Below are positions 52,042-63,328 of a stretch of DNA of 64,000 nt, one piece after another. The notes beneath the pieces are model-generated. The model saw only the letters and a program-made list of their open reading frames with translations, had not been told where the DNA came from and ran no database searches. Position numbers and translations under genes: made by a program. The DNA is taken from positions 128,001-192,000 of the forward strand of contig CAWDSK010000009.1 of NCBI GenBank assembly GCA_963804995.1, read 5' to 3'. This DNA is from an uncultured Acidobacteriota bacterium (lineage in GTDB: Bacteria; Acidobacteriota; Terriglobia; UBA7540). Each line of letters begins with the position of its first letter. Position 1 is the stretch's first letter.

Positions 52042-52912
52042 GCCGCCGCCCGCCTCGCGAAAGGGCAAAAATCAAAGTCCCCAGCGAGAGGACAGTAATA
52101 AATCCCGCTATCCGCAGGATGTGGGCAATGACGTAGCCATACTTGCCGGTCGCCGGATCGTATTGGCAGCAATAAAGCAAGACGGCATCCACGGCATTCC
52201 CGATCTTCTCGTTGGAAGCTTCCACCAGCGCCAGCCGCACGTCACGCGACACATACTGAATCCCGTAGAAATAGCGCGATATCTTCCCTTGCGGCGTCAG
52301 CACCATGATCCCTGTGGCGTGCGCGAACTGCCGGGTTTGGGGATCGTAGTTGTAATGGAATCCCACCGCGCGCGTGAGGGTCCGGATCGAAGGTTCGTCG
52401 CCCACCAGGAAGTGCCAGCCGTGCCGGGCGCCCGGCCGTCCATAAAGCCCCGCGTAAATTCCTTTCTTCGCGGTCGCGTACTCAGGCTTGTCACTGGGAT
52501 CAAAGCTTACCGTCACCACTTCAAACTGCTCTCCGATGTTGAACCTCACGTCCCGCAACGCGTTCAGGAGCCCGTTCTCCGCCATCGTGCACAGCATCGG
52601 GCAAGTGTAATAAACCAGCGACAGGATCACGGGCCGCTTGCCGAAGTACGATCCCAGCTTCACCGTCTGGCCCGTCTCATCGCGAAAGAGCAAATCCAGC
52701 GGAACCTGCTCATTCAAACGCTGGTCGATTCCCACGCCACGTAACTGCGGTGGGATAACGGAGGCGTTGTCTTGTGCGCCTGCCGCTACAGTGAGACCAA
52801 ACAGCAAAACGCTGAGCTGTGCGGCCAGCAGCCCGCGGCGAAGTAACCTTGACTCGGAGGTTCGGGTCAGGCGCGGGCTGGTCGTTCCCTGGGGGACAAC
52901 TGACATGTTCAA
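52031..52912 (-). CDS. SCO1/SenC family copper chaperone
   Basis: YYTCPMLC, VSFDP, QFAH. Confidence 0.92.
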   Translation of the reverse strand: MNMSVVPQGTTSPRLTRTSESRLLRRGLLAAQLSVLLFGLTVAAGAQDNASVIPPQLRGVGIDQRLNEQVPLDLLFRDETGQTVKLGSYFGKRPVILSLVYYTCPMLCTMAENGLLNALRDVRFNIGEQFEVVTVSFDPSDKPEYATAKKGIYAGLYGRPGARHGWHFLVGDEPSIRTLTRAVGFHYNYDPQTRQFAHATGIMVLTPQGKISRYFYGIQYVSRDVRLALVEASNEKIGNAVDAVLLYCCQYDPATGKYGYVIAHILRIAGFITVLSLGTLIFALSRGGRRLDF

Positions 52913-53394
52913 TTCTTCCCTTCCCCGCCGGCGGGTGCGAGCGTCGCCGCGCGACTTGCGGGCGCCGCCCCCGGCTGAGGCACCTTGGTCTTGCCGCCCT
53001 CCGTCGGGGCAGCGCTTCGAACCGGATAGCCTTTTTGCAAGAGGATCTCCATGGCGCGGTCAATCGGAATCCTCACCGTGCCGGCATCGCGGTCAACCCA
53101 GCCGTAGCTTTTCAGGATCGCGTCTTGCTCCGTGTGGTAGCGCTTTAAGTCCTCCGGCGCTGTAACCTGTAAGCGCGGCTCCGGGGGAAGCGACCGGGTA
53201 TTCTCAAAGGGCGAAGCCGGCGGCCCTAGCGGCTGGTGCCGGACAAAAAAGTGGAACACCACGGCGCTCGCTACCACGCCGAAGATTACGAGTCCCGCCA
53301 CGCCCGCGGCAAAGGCGAACAAACGTCTCACACTTACGTCGTCGTCTTCATAGCCGCGCCGGGGTTGATCCGGTCCTTTGACAACTTCAGACAT
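52909..53394 (-). CDS. ACIII-associated small membrane subunit (ActG-like)
   Basis: One TM helix, PPEPRLQ, YGWVD...VRIPIDRAM; lies between actF and SCO. Confidence 0.7.
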   Translation of the reverse strand: MSEVVKGPDQPRRGYEDDDVSVRRLFAFAAGVAGLVIFGVVASAVVFHFFVRHQPLGPPASPFENTRSLPPEPRLQVTAPEDLKRYHTEQDAILKSYGWVDRDAGTVRIPIDRAMEILLQKGYPVRSAAPTEGGKTKVPQPGAAPASRAATLAPAGGEGKN

Positions 53395-53457
53395 GAAGTG
53401 TGCCTTTCTTTATTGCTAGACACTATCCATTAGCCACTAACCACTGCCTTTGAGCGT

Positions 53458-54630
53458 TCATCCATGTTGCGCCATTTCCTTCAATCGCGGATCGTGCAGC
53501 GGCAACAGAGGCCGCCCTTTCAGTTGCCCTGCAAATTGCCACGTCCACAGCCCACCCATCCCGAGGATCGCCAGCCAATCCGTAATGTGAAACTCTGGCC
53601 CCGCGCGCTCGAAGGCAGGTACCGTCAGCCAGAAGATGTCCACCAGGCTCATCAACAGCAGCCCTGCCGCCAGCCAGCCCAGGACCTGGGCGCGGCGTTT
53701 GACAAACCGCGAGAGCAACAGCAGAAACGGCACAGCGAAGTGGAAGATGATCAGCACCACAGCCACGCCGACCCAAGCTCCCTTGGCGCGCGTCATGTAC
53801 CAGGGAATTTCCTCACGCAAGTTTCCGGCCCAGATAATCAGAAATTGTGAAAACGACAGGTACGCCCATAGCATGGTGAAGGTCAGCAACAGGTTGCCGT
53901 AGTCGTGCAGAACCTGCGGAGTAACCAAGCCCTCGAACGGCTTTTGTTTGGCAAGCAGGATTACCGTGAACGTCACGAGCGACATCGCTGCCAGCGCTTC
54001 CGTGACCATGAAAATCATGCCGTAGATCGTCGAAAACCAATGCGGCTTGAGGGACATGACCCAATCCACCGAGGCGAAGGTTGCGGTCAAACCATAAATC
54101 GCCAAGCCAGGGGCGCTCAGGTTCTGCATGCGGCGCACTAGCCCCGGGTCGCCTCCCTCATCCTGCTGACGAGACCATTTGGTCAGGAGGTAGGTAATGA
54201 GAATCCAGGCGGCAAAGTAAAATACCGTGCGCGCGATGAAGAACGGCGCGTTGAGATAAGGATGCTTGTACTGGAGCAGAGCATCGGCGTTGACCTGGTT
54301 CGGATCGGCCCAACTATAGAGAACCGGCAATCGGAACAGAATGGGGAGAAATAGCACCGCCATCAGTAGGAAGGTTTTCGTACCGGATTCGAGCACGCGT
54401 TGGATCGAGAATCCCCACCGGCCACCGGTCATGTGGTGGAGCATCAGCAGCGCTGAGCAGCCCAAGGGCAAACTGATCCAGAAAATGAAGGCCACGAGAT
54501 AAGACCGCAAGAACTGCGTGGGATTGCCCCAGGCGGTGAGCACGCACAGCACCAGCGCCCCCACGCCCACCATCAGCGCCGTTCTCTGTAGGCGATCGAA
54601 TCCGCTCGGGGATGTTTCCGACGTGCTCAT
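53458..54630 (-). CDS. actF: Alternative complex III subunit ActF
   Basis: Polytopic; YLNAPFF, DWVMSL.PHWFSTIYG, WAYLSFSQFLIIW.GN. Confidence 0.88.
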   Translation of the reverse strand: MSTSETSPSGFDRLQRTALMVGVGALVLCVLTAWGNPTQFLRSYLVAFIFWISLPLGCSALLMLHHMTGGRWGFSIQRVLESGTKTFLLMAVLFLPILFRLPVLYSWADPNQVNADALLQYKHPYLNAPFFIARTVFYFAAWILITYLLTKWSRQQDEGGDPGLVRRMQNLSAPGLAIYGLTATFASVDWVMSLKPHWFSTIYGMIFMVTEALAAMSLVTFTVILLAKQKPFEGLVTPQVLHDYGNLLLTFTMLWAYLSFSQFLIIWAGNLREEIPWYMTRAKGAWVGVAVVLIIFHFAVPFLLLLSRFVKRRAQVLGWLAAGLLLMSLVDIFWLTVPAFERAGPEFHITDWLAILGMGGLWTWQFAGQLKGRPLLPLHDPRLKEMAQHG

Positions 54631-55235
54631 TTCGCTCCGCTTGTTAGTTGTTGCCGCTCTTCCGCCGGGACATTATCCATTGTCGCGTGCTGGCTTAATT
54701 GCAGCGCCCGGATATAGGCCACGATCGCCCAACGATCTTCCGGCGTGATTCTGGCCGCGTAACTGTACATAGCGCCGTAACCGTTGGTGATGACTTCAAA
54801 GAAATGACCCGCCGGCGCGTTTCGCAGGCGATCAAGGTGATAGGAGGGTGGAGGCGGAAAGCCGCGCTGCACAATCATCCCGCGCCCGCTGCCGGTGAAA
54901 TCGTGGCACGGGGCGCAGAAGATGTTATAACGCGCGCGCCCGCGTTCCAGCACCTGCCGTGTGATCGGGAACGGAAACTGGTCAGCCGCTACCCCGTTGA
55001 CGTGGCCCGTGTAGAGCAGTTCGTCGGTGCGCATGTGCCCGCGCGCCACGGTATCAGGAACCTGTGGACGGTTGGCGCGGCCATCCTCGAAGAACTTGCT
55101 GCCCTCGTCGGGTTTGTATTTCGGCTGCATGTGCATGTTGAGCCGGCATCCCAGCAAACAGAGGCTTGCCAGGGCCACCAGCGCCAATCGGACGCCCGCT
55201 TGAAAGGTGCGGCTTTCCAAGTCCCTACGACTCAA
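54627..55235 (-). CDS. actE: Alternative complex III monoheme cytochrome c ActE
   Basis: Lipoprotein LLGC, MH.QP, CAPCH, DRWAIVAYIRALQ. Confidence 0.88.
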   Translation of the reverse strand: MSRRDLESRTFQAGVRLALVALASLCLLGCRLNMHMQPKYKPDEGSKFFEDGRANRPQVPDTVARGHMRTDELLYTGHVNGVAADQFPFPITRQVLERGRARYNIFCAPCHDFTGSGRGMIVQRGFPPPPSYHLDRLRNAPAGHFFEVITNGYGAMYSYAARITPEDRWAIVAYIRALQLSQHATMDNVPAEERQQLTSGAK

Positions 55236-55762
55236 TTTCTGCCACCTCGCGAGCGTTCAAGCTTTGCATAAATTCACGGGTTTTCTGGACGTTCGAACTT
55301 CGGGTCACGCGCTTTGATGCAAAGGAAAAACCGGTTGCGCGTGGCCAGTTCGAAGCGCGGCACGTTGAATACGGGATGGTAAGGCGTCGGCAATCCGTTG
55401 AGCAGCAGCATCCCGAAAACCGTCGCCAGCCCGGCGCACAAAACTGTTAACTCAAAGGTGATGGGGATGAAGGACGGCCAACTGTTGTAGGGTTTCCCGC
55501 CGATGTTGAGGGGATAACCGATTACGTTGGGCCACCATTGCAGGAAAAGCCCGCCGAAGCAGCCGATCAATCCGCCGATTAGGCAGATAAGTGGCACGGC
55601 CGTTTTGTGGAAGCCGATAGCCTCCGCCAGGCCCTCCACCGGGAATGGCGTGAAGGCGTCCATCTGGCGATAGCCGGCCTCGCGGGCGCGATGCGCGGCG
55701 CTCAGCAGGTCGTCCGTGGTATCGAATTCAGCCATCAGGCCGTAAAGCGGATGTCTCTTCAT
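55225..55762 (-). CDS. actD: Alternative complex III subunit ActD (DUF3341), frameshift near 55294
   Basis: [33 protein letters not shown]-terminus [23 protein letters not shown] is in the adjacent frame. Confidence 0.85.
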
Positions 55763-55816
55763 CACGTTCTGTGTAGGGGCGGACGGCGCCCGCCCCGGGC
55801 TGAACACCGTTCGGCC

Positions 55817-57199
55817 CTACTTTTTCTCACTCAACTCATGCGCCAATCCGCGCATTTCAAAAATCGAAATCATGGGCAGGAAGCGGATAAACAGGAAGAA
55901 CAGCGACAGGAACAATCCGATCGAACCCACGTAGGTCGCCCAATCCCAAATCGTCGGGTAGTACATGCCCCACGCCGAGGGCATGAAGTCGCGGTGCAGG
56001 CTGGTGACCACGATCACAAAACGCTCAAGCCACATCCCAGTCTGCACAATCAACGAGATTACGAACAGCGCCGCCACATTCTGCCGGACCTTCTTTGACC
56101 ACAAGGTGCCGAGCGGCAGAACGATGTTGCAGACGATCAGGCTCCAGTAGATCGGTGCATAGGGTCCCGTCATCCGGTTCATGATCATGTAGCGGTCGTA
56201 AGTGCTGCCGCTATAGAAGGCCATGAAGGTTTCCATCAGATAGCCGTAAGCTACGATGGACCCTGTGGCGAGCAGGATTTTCGCCATGTTGTCGAGATGC
56301 CGCATGGTGACGAAGTCTTCCAGGTGATAAAACTGCCGCAGCGGAATCGCCAGCGTCAGCACCATGGCGAAACCGGAATAGATGGCGCCGGCCACGAAGT
56401 AGGGTGGAAAGATCGTGCTGTGCCAGCCCGGAACCGTGGCCACGGTGAAATCGAAACTCACCACCGTGTGCACCGATACCACCAGCGGCGTGGCCAATCC
56501 TGCCAGCAGCAGGTAAGCCATCTCGTAACGGTGCCAGTGCATGGCCGAGCCGCGCCAGCCCATGGCCAGAAAGCCGTAGGTCGCCCGCGCCAGGCGATCC
56601 TTGGCGCGATCGCGGAGCGTGGCGAGGTCAGGAATCAGGCCCACGAACCAGAAGAGCAAGGAGATGGTGGCGTACGTTGAAACCGCAAAGACGTCCCACA
56701 CCAACGGGCTGCGGAATTGCGGCCACGTTCCCATGGTGTCGGGGTAAGGAATCAACCAGTAGAACAGCCACGGCCGGCCCATGTGCAGCAATGGGAACAT
56801 ACCGGCAGAGGAAACGGCAAACAGCGTCATGGCTTCCGCAAAACGATTAATGGACTGCCGCCACGCCTGGCGCATCAGTAGCAGGAAGGCGGAAATCAGC
56901 GTGCCCGCGTGGCCGATTCCAATCCACCACACAAAGTTGACGATGGCGAATCCCCAGCCCACAGGGATGTTAATTCCCCAAATGCCCACGCCCATCAACA
57001 GCAGGTAGCCGACCGCAAGATTCAAAACCATGAAGAGGGCAAAGGCGACCGCGAACCCGAACCACCAACCCCGCTTCGTCCCTTCCAGGAGAACGATGGA
57101 GCTGATCTTATCGGTGATCGTCGCGTAGGTATGCCCCGGGGCCAGGACCGGAGCCCCCGCATCCACCGCCGGCGTCTTTTCTACTCCCTCAGGACTCAC
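55817..57199 (-). CDS. actC: Alternative complex III subunit ActC (NrfD family)
   Basis: FVWWIGIGHAGTLISA, HMGRPW, FRSPLVWDVFAV, WHSTIFPPYFVAGA. Confidence 0.93.
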   Translation of the reverse strand: MSPEGVEKTPAVDAGAPVLAPGHTYATITDKISSIVLLEGTKRGWWFGFAVAFALFMVLNLAVGYLLLMGVGIWGINIPVGWGFAIVNFVWWIGIGHAGTLISAFLLLMRQAWRQSINRFAEAMTLFAVSSAGMFPLLHMGRPWLFYWLIPYPDTMGTWPQFRSPLVWDVFAVSTYATISLLFWFVGLIPDLATLRDRAKDRLARATYGFLAMGWRGSAMHWHRYEMAYLLLAGLATPLVVSVHTVVSFDFTVATVPGWHSTIFPPYFVAGAIYSGFAMVLTLAIPLRQFYHLEDFVTMRHLDNMAKILLATGSIVAYGYLMETFMAFYSGSTYDRYMIMNRMTGPYAPIYWSLIVCNIVLPLGTLWSKKVRQNVAALFVISLIVQTGMWLERFVIVVTSLHRDFMPSAWGMYYPTIWDWATYVGSIGLFLSLFFLFIRFLPMISIFEMRGLAHELSEKK

Positions 57200-57202
57200 C
57201 CG

Positions 57203-60200
57203 CTACTCCTTGATCTCCGGGTTGGGATTGCGCAGCTTCGCGAGATACGTGGTGCGCGGCCGCGTGTTCAAATCCGTCAGCAAACCATAGTTACGCGATT
57301 GGGCCTTGAGCTTGGCCACGCGGCTTTCGGGGTCGTTAATATTCCCGAAAACGATGGCCTGGGTCGGGCAGGTTTGCTGGCAGGCGGTCACGATTTCCCC
57401 GTCGCGAAGTTCGCGGCCATCCTTTTCCGCCGTAATCTTGGCCTCATTGATGCGCTGGACACAGTAGGTGCACTTCTCCATCACCCCGCGGCTGCGCACG
57501 CTCACATCCGGATTGCGCAGGGGTTCGAGGCTGGGCGTGTTCCAGTCCTGGTAGAGCAGGAAATTGAAGCGCCGGACTTTGTAAGAGCAGTTGTTCGAGC
57601 AGTAGCGCGTACCCACGCAGCGGTTGTAAATCATTTCATTCAGCCCTTCAGGGCTGTGCACCGTGGCACCCACCGGACACACGTATTCGCAGGGGGCGTT
57701 TTCACAATGCATGCAAGGCACCGGTTCGTTGTACGCCTGGGGATTCGCGAGCCCCCCTGGAAGTAGGTGTCCACGCGGATCCACTGCATTTCGCGCCCGC
57801 GCGCCACCTGGTCTTTACCGACCACGGGGATATTGTTTTCGGATTGGCAAGCGACCACGCAGGCATTGCACCCAATACAGCTATTCAGATCGATGGCCAT
57901 GCCCCAGGCATTTCCCTCATACTTGAATCCGGGATAGATGGAGGGCGCGTTCGCGTCGCCTTCTTCGCGGGCGAAGTCAGGGTCCTTGCGGAATTCTTCA
58001 AGCGTTGCTCCGCGCACCAGTTTCCGCTGCCGAGCCGCCACGCTCTCTTCTTCGACCGCTTCGCCTTCCTTGCCCATGATGTGGTGATGTTGGGTGGTCA
58101 CAAGCTGGTAGTGCCCGCCGGTTTTTTCGAGTTCGACGGTACTAACGCACGGCCGGTCGGTGGAACTAAGCTTGTAGGCGTTCGAACCAATCCCGGACCC
58201 CAGGCGGCCGACGCGGCGGCGTCCGTATCCCAGATGCAGCGTGAGGGAATCATCCGCGTGGCCCGGCGTGATCCAGATGGGCGCCGTAACTTCCTGCCCT
58301 TGGCCCCGTAACTTCACCACGTCGCCGTTCGTCACTGCGAGCTTCTGAGCTGTCGTCGGACTCACCAGGGCAGCGTTATCCCAAGTCAGCTTGGTGAGGG
58401 GCTTCGCCAACTCCTGCAACCAGCCATTGTTCGCAAAGCTTCCGTCCCATACCGTGGGGTCGGGTCGTAAGACGATTTCGAGCCTTCCGCCCTCCGCGCC
58501 GGCAGCTTTGGAAGGCTGCGCAACAGGCCCGGCGATCAGCTTGACGGGCTTCGCCGGCAGCGCCGAGTCTGCCACCAGTCCGTCGTGGAGCGACTTTTGC
58601 CAGAACGCTTCGAAATCCCGCGCCGGTTTCTGCCGCTGCCAATAGCTGCGGATAACATCATGTCCGGCCACTCCCTCCTGGCCTCCGAGCACGGCAATGA
58701 TCTCGTGCGCTGACTTCCCATCATACAGCGGAGATATAAGAGGTTGGATAATGCTAACTGTTCCATCGTAGCTGCGGGCATCGCTCCACGATTCCAGATA
58801 GTGAGCCTCGGGAATGTGCCAATGGCAGAGCTCCGCGGTTTCGTCCTCGAAGAGGCTCAAGTGAACCCTCATCCTGACCTTGAGGAGGTTTTCGGCGAAG
58901 TACAAATCCGCGGGCGCGTTGTATAGCGGATTCACACCCAGGATGACCAGAGTGTCCACCTGCCCCGCGCGGATGTCCGACACGAGCTCGCGGAGCGAGG
59001 CCATTTCGTTCGTGGGATTTGCTTCCACCGGGCTCGTGTAAGTCACCGTCTTGCCCACGCTCCCCAGTGCATCATTCAAAACGTGCGCCAGCGCGTGGAC
59101 AGCCGGAGGCTGCTGTTCTCCGGCGATAACAAGGCAAGCTCCCCGATGTTTTTCGAGGTCGCGCGCCAGGGCGGAAATCCAATCGGCTGGCACGCTGGCC
59201 GGAACGGCATTTCCAGGGGTTACTGTCTTGACTCCCAGAGCCTCTGCCAGGGCGCGCGTGAAGGTCTCCACCTCACCCGCGCGAAGCGGCAAGCGATGGT
59301 CGGCCATCGCTCCCGTGCTCGTCGGGGTGCTTTCCACCACATAAAGCCGGTTCATGGCGGATTCGGGACTACTGACGCGGCGCTTTGCACTGAAGTCGCG
59401 CGCGTAGCGGACGGAGCCCGGGCCGGAAGTGAGGAAATCTGCGTTGAGCGAGACCACGATGTCCGCCTGATCGAAGTGATAAACCGTATTGACGTACTCG
59501 CCGAAGGCTAGCTTGGAACCTTCGCGCACGCTGTCACGGTTACACGGCTCATACTGGTGCCATTTCGCCTGCGGGAACTGCGCGAGAAGCGATTTCATCT
59601 GGTCCGCGAGAGTCGGCGAGGTCACCGTGCCTGTCAGGATGCGCAAACCCGCGCCTTTCCGAACCAGCAGATCGGCGCGATATTGCTCGACGGAGGTGAG
59701 GAAGGCGCTCCAGCTTCCGATGTGGCCATTAAAAGCTACCACCTGGGCGCGGTCCGGATCGTAAAGGGACAGCACGGAGGCCTGCGCGAACACATCCGCA
59801 GCACCGAGGCTTGCCGGATGACTGGGATTCCCCTCCACTTTCGTGGGCCGGCCCATGTGGCTTTCCACCAGCACACCCGTGGCGTAACCGGCCAGGGGCA
59901 TGGCGGTCGCATAGAAGAGCGGTTTGCCGGGAACAAAATCCTCCGGCTGTTGCTGCGCGTAAGGGACGATCTTTTCCGTGGGGAGCTTGGTGCAGGCGGT
60001 CAGGCCTGCCAGCGCGGCGGAAGCCGCCATCAATTTCAAGGCGTCGCGGCGGCTGACACCGCTTTCATCGGCGCGAGGATCGTGAGGGAATTCGCACTCG
60101 AGGTAATCGCGATACTCCGGCGTGCCCGCCAGTTCTTCCAAACCGCGCCATACGCGTGGCTGGGGTGAGTGCTCAAGCTTCGCCTGAATTTGCACGAGGT

Positions 60201-60234
60201 CGAGAGGGTTTCCGGGTTTTGACTTACGCTGCAT
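57203..60234 (-). CDS. actB: Alternative complex III subunit ActB (molybdopterin-oxidoreductase-like + Fe-S), frameshift at the G-run 57752-57757
   Basis: SRRDALK Tat motif, [21 protein letters not shown]; continues in another frame with CMHCENAPC and EKCTYC. Confidence 0.9.
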
Positions 60235-60264
60235 AAGTTCCAGGGGTCAGGTGCCGGGAGCGCC

Positions 60265-60342
60265 CGAAACTCCAAACTCGAAATCCGCAACTCCGGAGGA
60301 ATTCACCGAATTTCGATTTTCGAATTTCGAGTTTCGATTCAT
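60265..60342. repeat. Inverted heptamer arrays (AACTCGA / TTCGART)
   Basis: Lies between actA and actB. Confidence 0.75.
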
Positions 60343-60375
60343 GCCTCACAGTATCTGAATCAGCCACCCCAGGGC

Positions 60376-61035
60376 TCAACGATGACACGTGTAGCAATCC
60401 GTCAATTGCTTCGGATCTTTGATCTTGTATTCCTTCACCAGGCGGCGGCCCAACGCAATTTGGTTGCTCGGGGGCACATAATCTGCCTTAAAAACGTCTT
60501 CACGGCGGCGCACATTGCGCTCCGGGTGGTTGTGGCAATCAATGCACCAGCGCATGTATAGCGTGTTGGCGCGCCAAGTGAGCGGCATCTCACCAATCGG
60601 CCCATGGCAAGTGGTGCAGCCGATCCCTTTGTTCACATGAATGCTGTGATCGAAATAAACGAAATCCGGCAGCGCGTTGACGCGCGTCCACTGGAGCGAA
60701 GTATTCGTGGCATAACTCGCGCGCACGGGCTCCAGCATGGCGCTGTTCAGCCACAGCTTGGAGTGGCAGCTCATGCAAGTATGCGTGGTGGGGACACCCG
60801 CGTACGACGATTGCTCCACTGAATTGTGGCAATAACGGCAATCGATGCCGTCGTCCGCGACATGGTGCTTGTGGCTGAAGGGGACGGGTTGCTGCTGGGC
60901 TACGTTGACGTCAGTAAAATAGGACGATTGATTAACCGCGTAAATCAGGTACGCCAGGCCCCCCGCAAAGAAGACCGCACCATAAATTGTCAGCTTGGAG
61001 ATCGTGTTGGTGCTGCGATGGAAGATCTGTGCCAT
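60376..61035 (-). CDS. actA: Alternative complex III pentaheme cytochrome c ActA
   Basis: MAQIF start, QPVPFSHKHH, five CxxCH (CRYCH, CMSCH, CTTCH, CIDCH, CYTCH). Confidence 0.93.
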   Translation of the reverse strand: MAQIFHRSTNTISKLTIYGAVFFAGGLAYLIYAVNQSSYFTDVNVAQQQPVPFSHKHHVADDGIDCRYCHNSVEQSSYAGVPTTHTCMSCHSKLWLNSAMLEPVRASYATNTSLQWTRVNALPDFVYFDHSIHVNKGIGCTTCHGPIGEMPLTWRANTLYMRWCIDCHNHPERNVRRREDVFKADYVPPSNQIALGRRLVKEYKIKDPKQLTDCYTCHR

Positions 61036-61722
61036 CGAACGATTTTGCCCAATGCTCCTGAGAAGATCTCACTTCGATTCCGGCTCCTGAATCGGCCCCT
61101 TCGCTGCTCAGCCGCAATCTCCTCAGTAATGTGGTTCGTGAACGGTTGCTCTTAGCCCTGCGTGATTTCCTGCGCGGCCCGTGTTCTTTGGGGTCGTGCT
61201 GCGCTCCGCAGCTTATCCCTCTCCAAAGACCTGGTGAATGAGGTGACTGGAATTTGATAATCCGTTGATCCCGGGAGAGATAACAGGGGGACAGAAAAGA
61301 TTCTAGCTCGCGACTGCGTGCGCGAAAGGATAATTGCTGGCCCGAAGAAAGATCCCGAGACCTGACGCAAGAGACACCCAAGGTTTTCCGGGTGAAAACC
61401 GTCCCCTTCACACTGCATGTAATCGGCCCCAGAAGAGGCAAATTATATTTCGTGCCAGATTTGTTTGTCAAAAGAAAATCGCGCGCCCGCAATTGACACG
61501 GGTCGCAGGCCACTGGGTTCTTGATGTGCGTCACCTTTACCTCGCATTGTGATGTTTATTGGTCAGACCAGAAGGTTCGCTAACGGGCGTCGATGGCAGG
61601 GAGGAATGGACGGCTGCGTCAACCTATCAATACGGCCGGGGGCGACGCGGAGGGTACCGGTTCAGCACTCACAGGCAGTGCTATGATACCCGGGGGGCGA
61701 GGGGATTGAGGAGGGGAGTCTT

Positions 61723-63166
61723 ATGAATCAAACTACGACCGCAACGCGAAGCTGGGGATTCTTTCTGGACGGGAAATGGCAGAGCGATGGTCCCGCCTGG
61801 GAAGTGCGCGCACCCTCAGATCAGCGGTTGGTCGCCACGATAACCCGGGCGCGCCGCCAGGATTTGGAAGCCGCGATTCAGGCCGCCACCCGGGCGTTTG
61901 TGGTTACGCGAAAGTTGGGGGCCTACGAACGGCAGCGCGTTCTGCGCGAGGTAGCCGCGGGAATAGGCCGGAGACGCGAGGAATTCGTGCGCACCCTGGC
62001 GCTCGAGGCCGGCAAGCCCGTCAAGGCCGCTCGGGTTGAGGTGGACCGCGCCATCTTCACCTTTACGATTGCGGCCGAGGAAAGCACGCGGATTTATGGG
62101 GAATGGTTGCCGCTCGATCTGCAGGCTGCGACGGCGGGACGTTGGGCCATTGTGCGGCGGTTCCCCCTGGGACCGGTGGCAACGATTTCACCCTTCAACT
62201 TCCCGCTCAATTTGGTGGCGCACAAGTGGGCCCCGGCCATGGCGACGGGGTGCACACTGGTACACAAGCCCGCCTCGCAGACCCCCCTGTGCTCGTTGCT
62301 GCTTGCGGAGGTCGTGGAGCAGGCAGGCTGGCCTGCGGGTGGTTTGAATGTTCTCCCCGTGGCGGGTGAAAACGCGGAACCATTGGTTACGGACGACCGC
62401 CTGAAGATGCTTTCGTTCACAGGCAGTGCGCTGGTGGGGTGGGATTTGAAAAAGAAGGCCGGCAAGAAACGGGTGACCCTCGAATTGGGAGGAAACGCAG
62501 GAGTCATTGTGCACGACGACGCGGATCTTGCGCAATCCGCGGAGCGCTGCGCTATCGGCGGGTTTTCTTACGCCGGCCAAGTCTGCATTTCGGTCCAGCG
62601 CATCCTAGTACGGCGCAGCGTGTTCGAGAAATTTCTCGAACGCGTTCCTGGCCCGCGTTCGAAAACTCAAACTCGGTGATCCGCTCGATGAAGCTACGGA
62701 CGTGGGCCCCATGATTTCGGAGAGTGCGGCGGCACGAGCGGAGAATTGGGTCGAGGAAGCGGTGGCCGAAGGCGCCCAGATCCTCTGCGGTGGCAAGCGC
62801 ACAGGCGCATTGATGGAGCCAACCGTGCTGACCGGTACTCGCCCGCAACAAAAAGTTAACTGTGAGGAATTGTTCGCACCGGTTGTGACCGTCGAGCCTT
62901 ATGACGAATTCGCGGAGGCCCTGCGGAGAGTTAATGACTCTCCCTACGGATTGCAGGCTGGCGTCTTCACCCGTGACGCAAAGCTGCTGTTCCAAGCGTA
63001 TGAAGAGCTGGAAGTGGGCGGAGTGATAGCTGGCGACGCACCGTCGTTTCGTATCGATCACATGCCCTACGGGGGAGTGAAGGACTCCGGGTTGGGGCGC
63101 GAGGGGGTGCGCTACGCGATGGAAGAGATGACGGACCGGAAAGTGCTGGTCATGAATGTTCCTTGA
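61723..63166 (+). CDS. Aldehyde dehydrogenase, frameshift near 62640
   Basis: ISPFNFP, SFTGS, LELGGN, AGQVCISVQR; continues in the next frame with EELFAPV and PYGGVKDSG.GREG. Confidence 0.9.
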
Positions 63167-63328
63167 GGGCAGAGAGGGAATGGGGGCTAGGGATGTCATA
63201 CGGCGGTGGGTAAATTCCGAGCAAACTCATTGAGACCTCCGGAGAGCAGCGGCCTGAAGAATCATCTAGTTAAATTCTTGCCGCACACCCTATAATCCGA
63301 ATCTTGGTTCTTCCAGGGAAACCTGAAG

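Noticed and set aside
57752..57757. Programmed frameshift or phase variation in actB
   Set aside because: A 6-G run in a respiratory gene is more simply a homopolymer sequencing error, given the other indels
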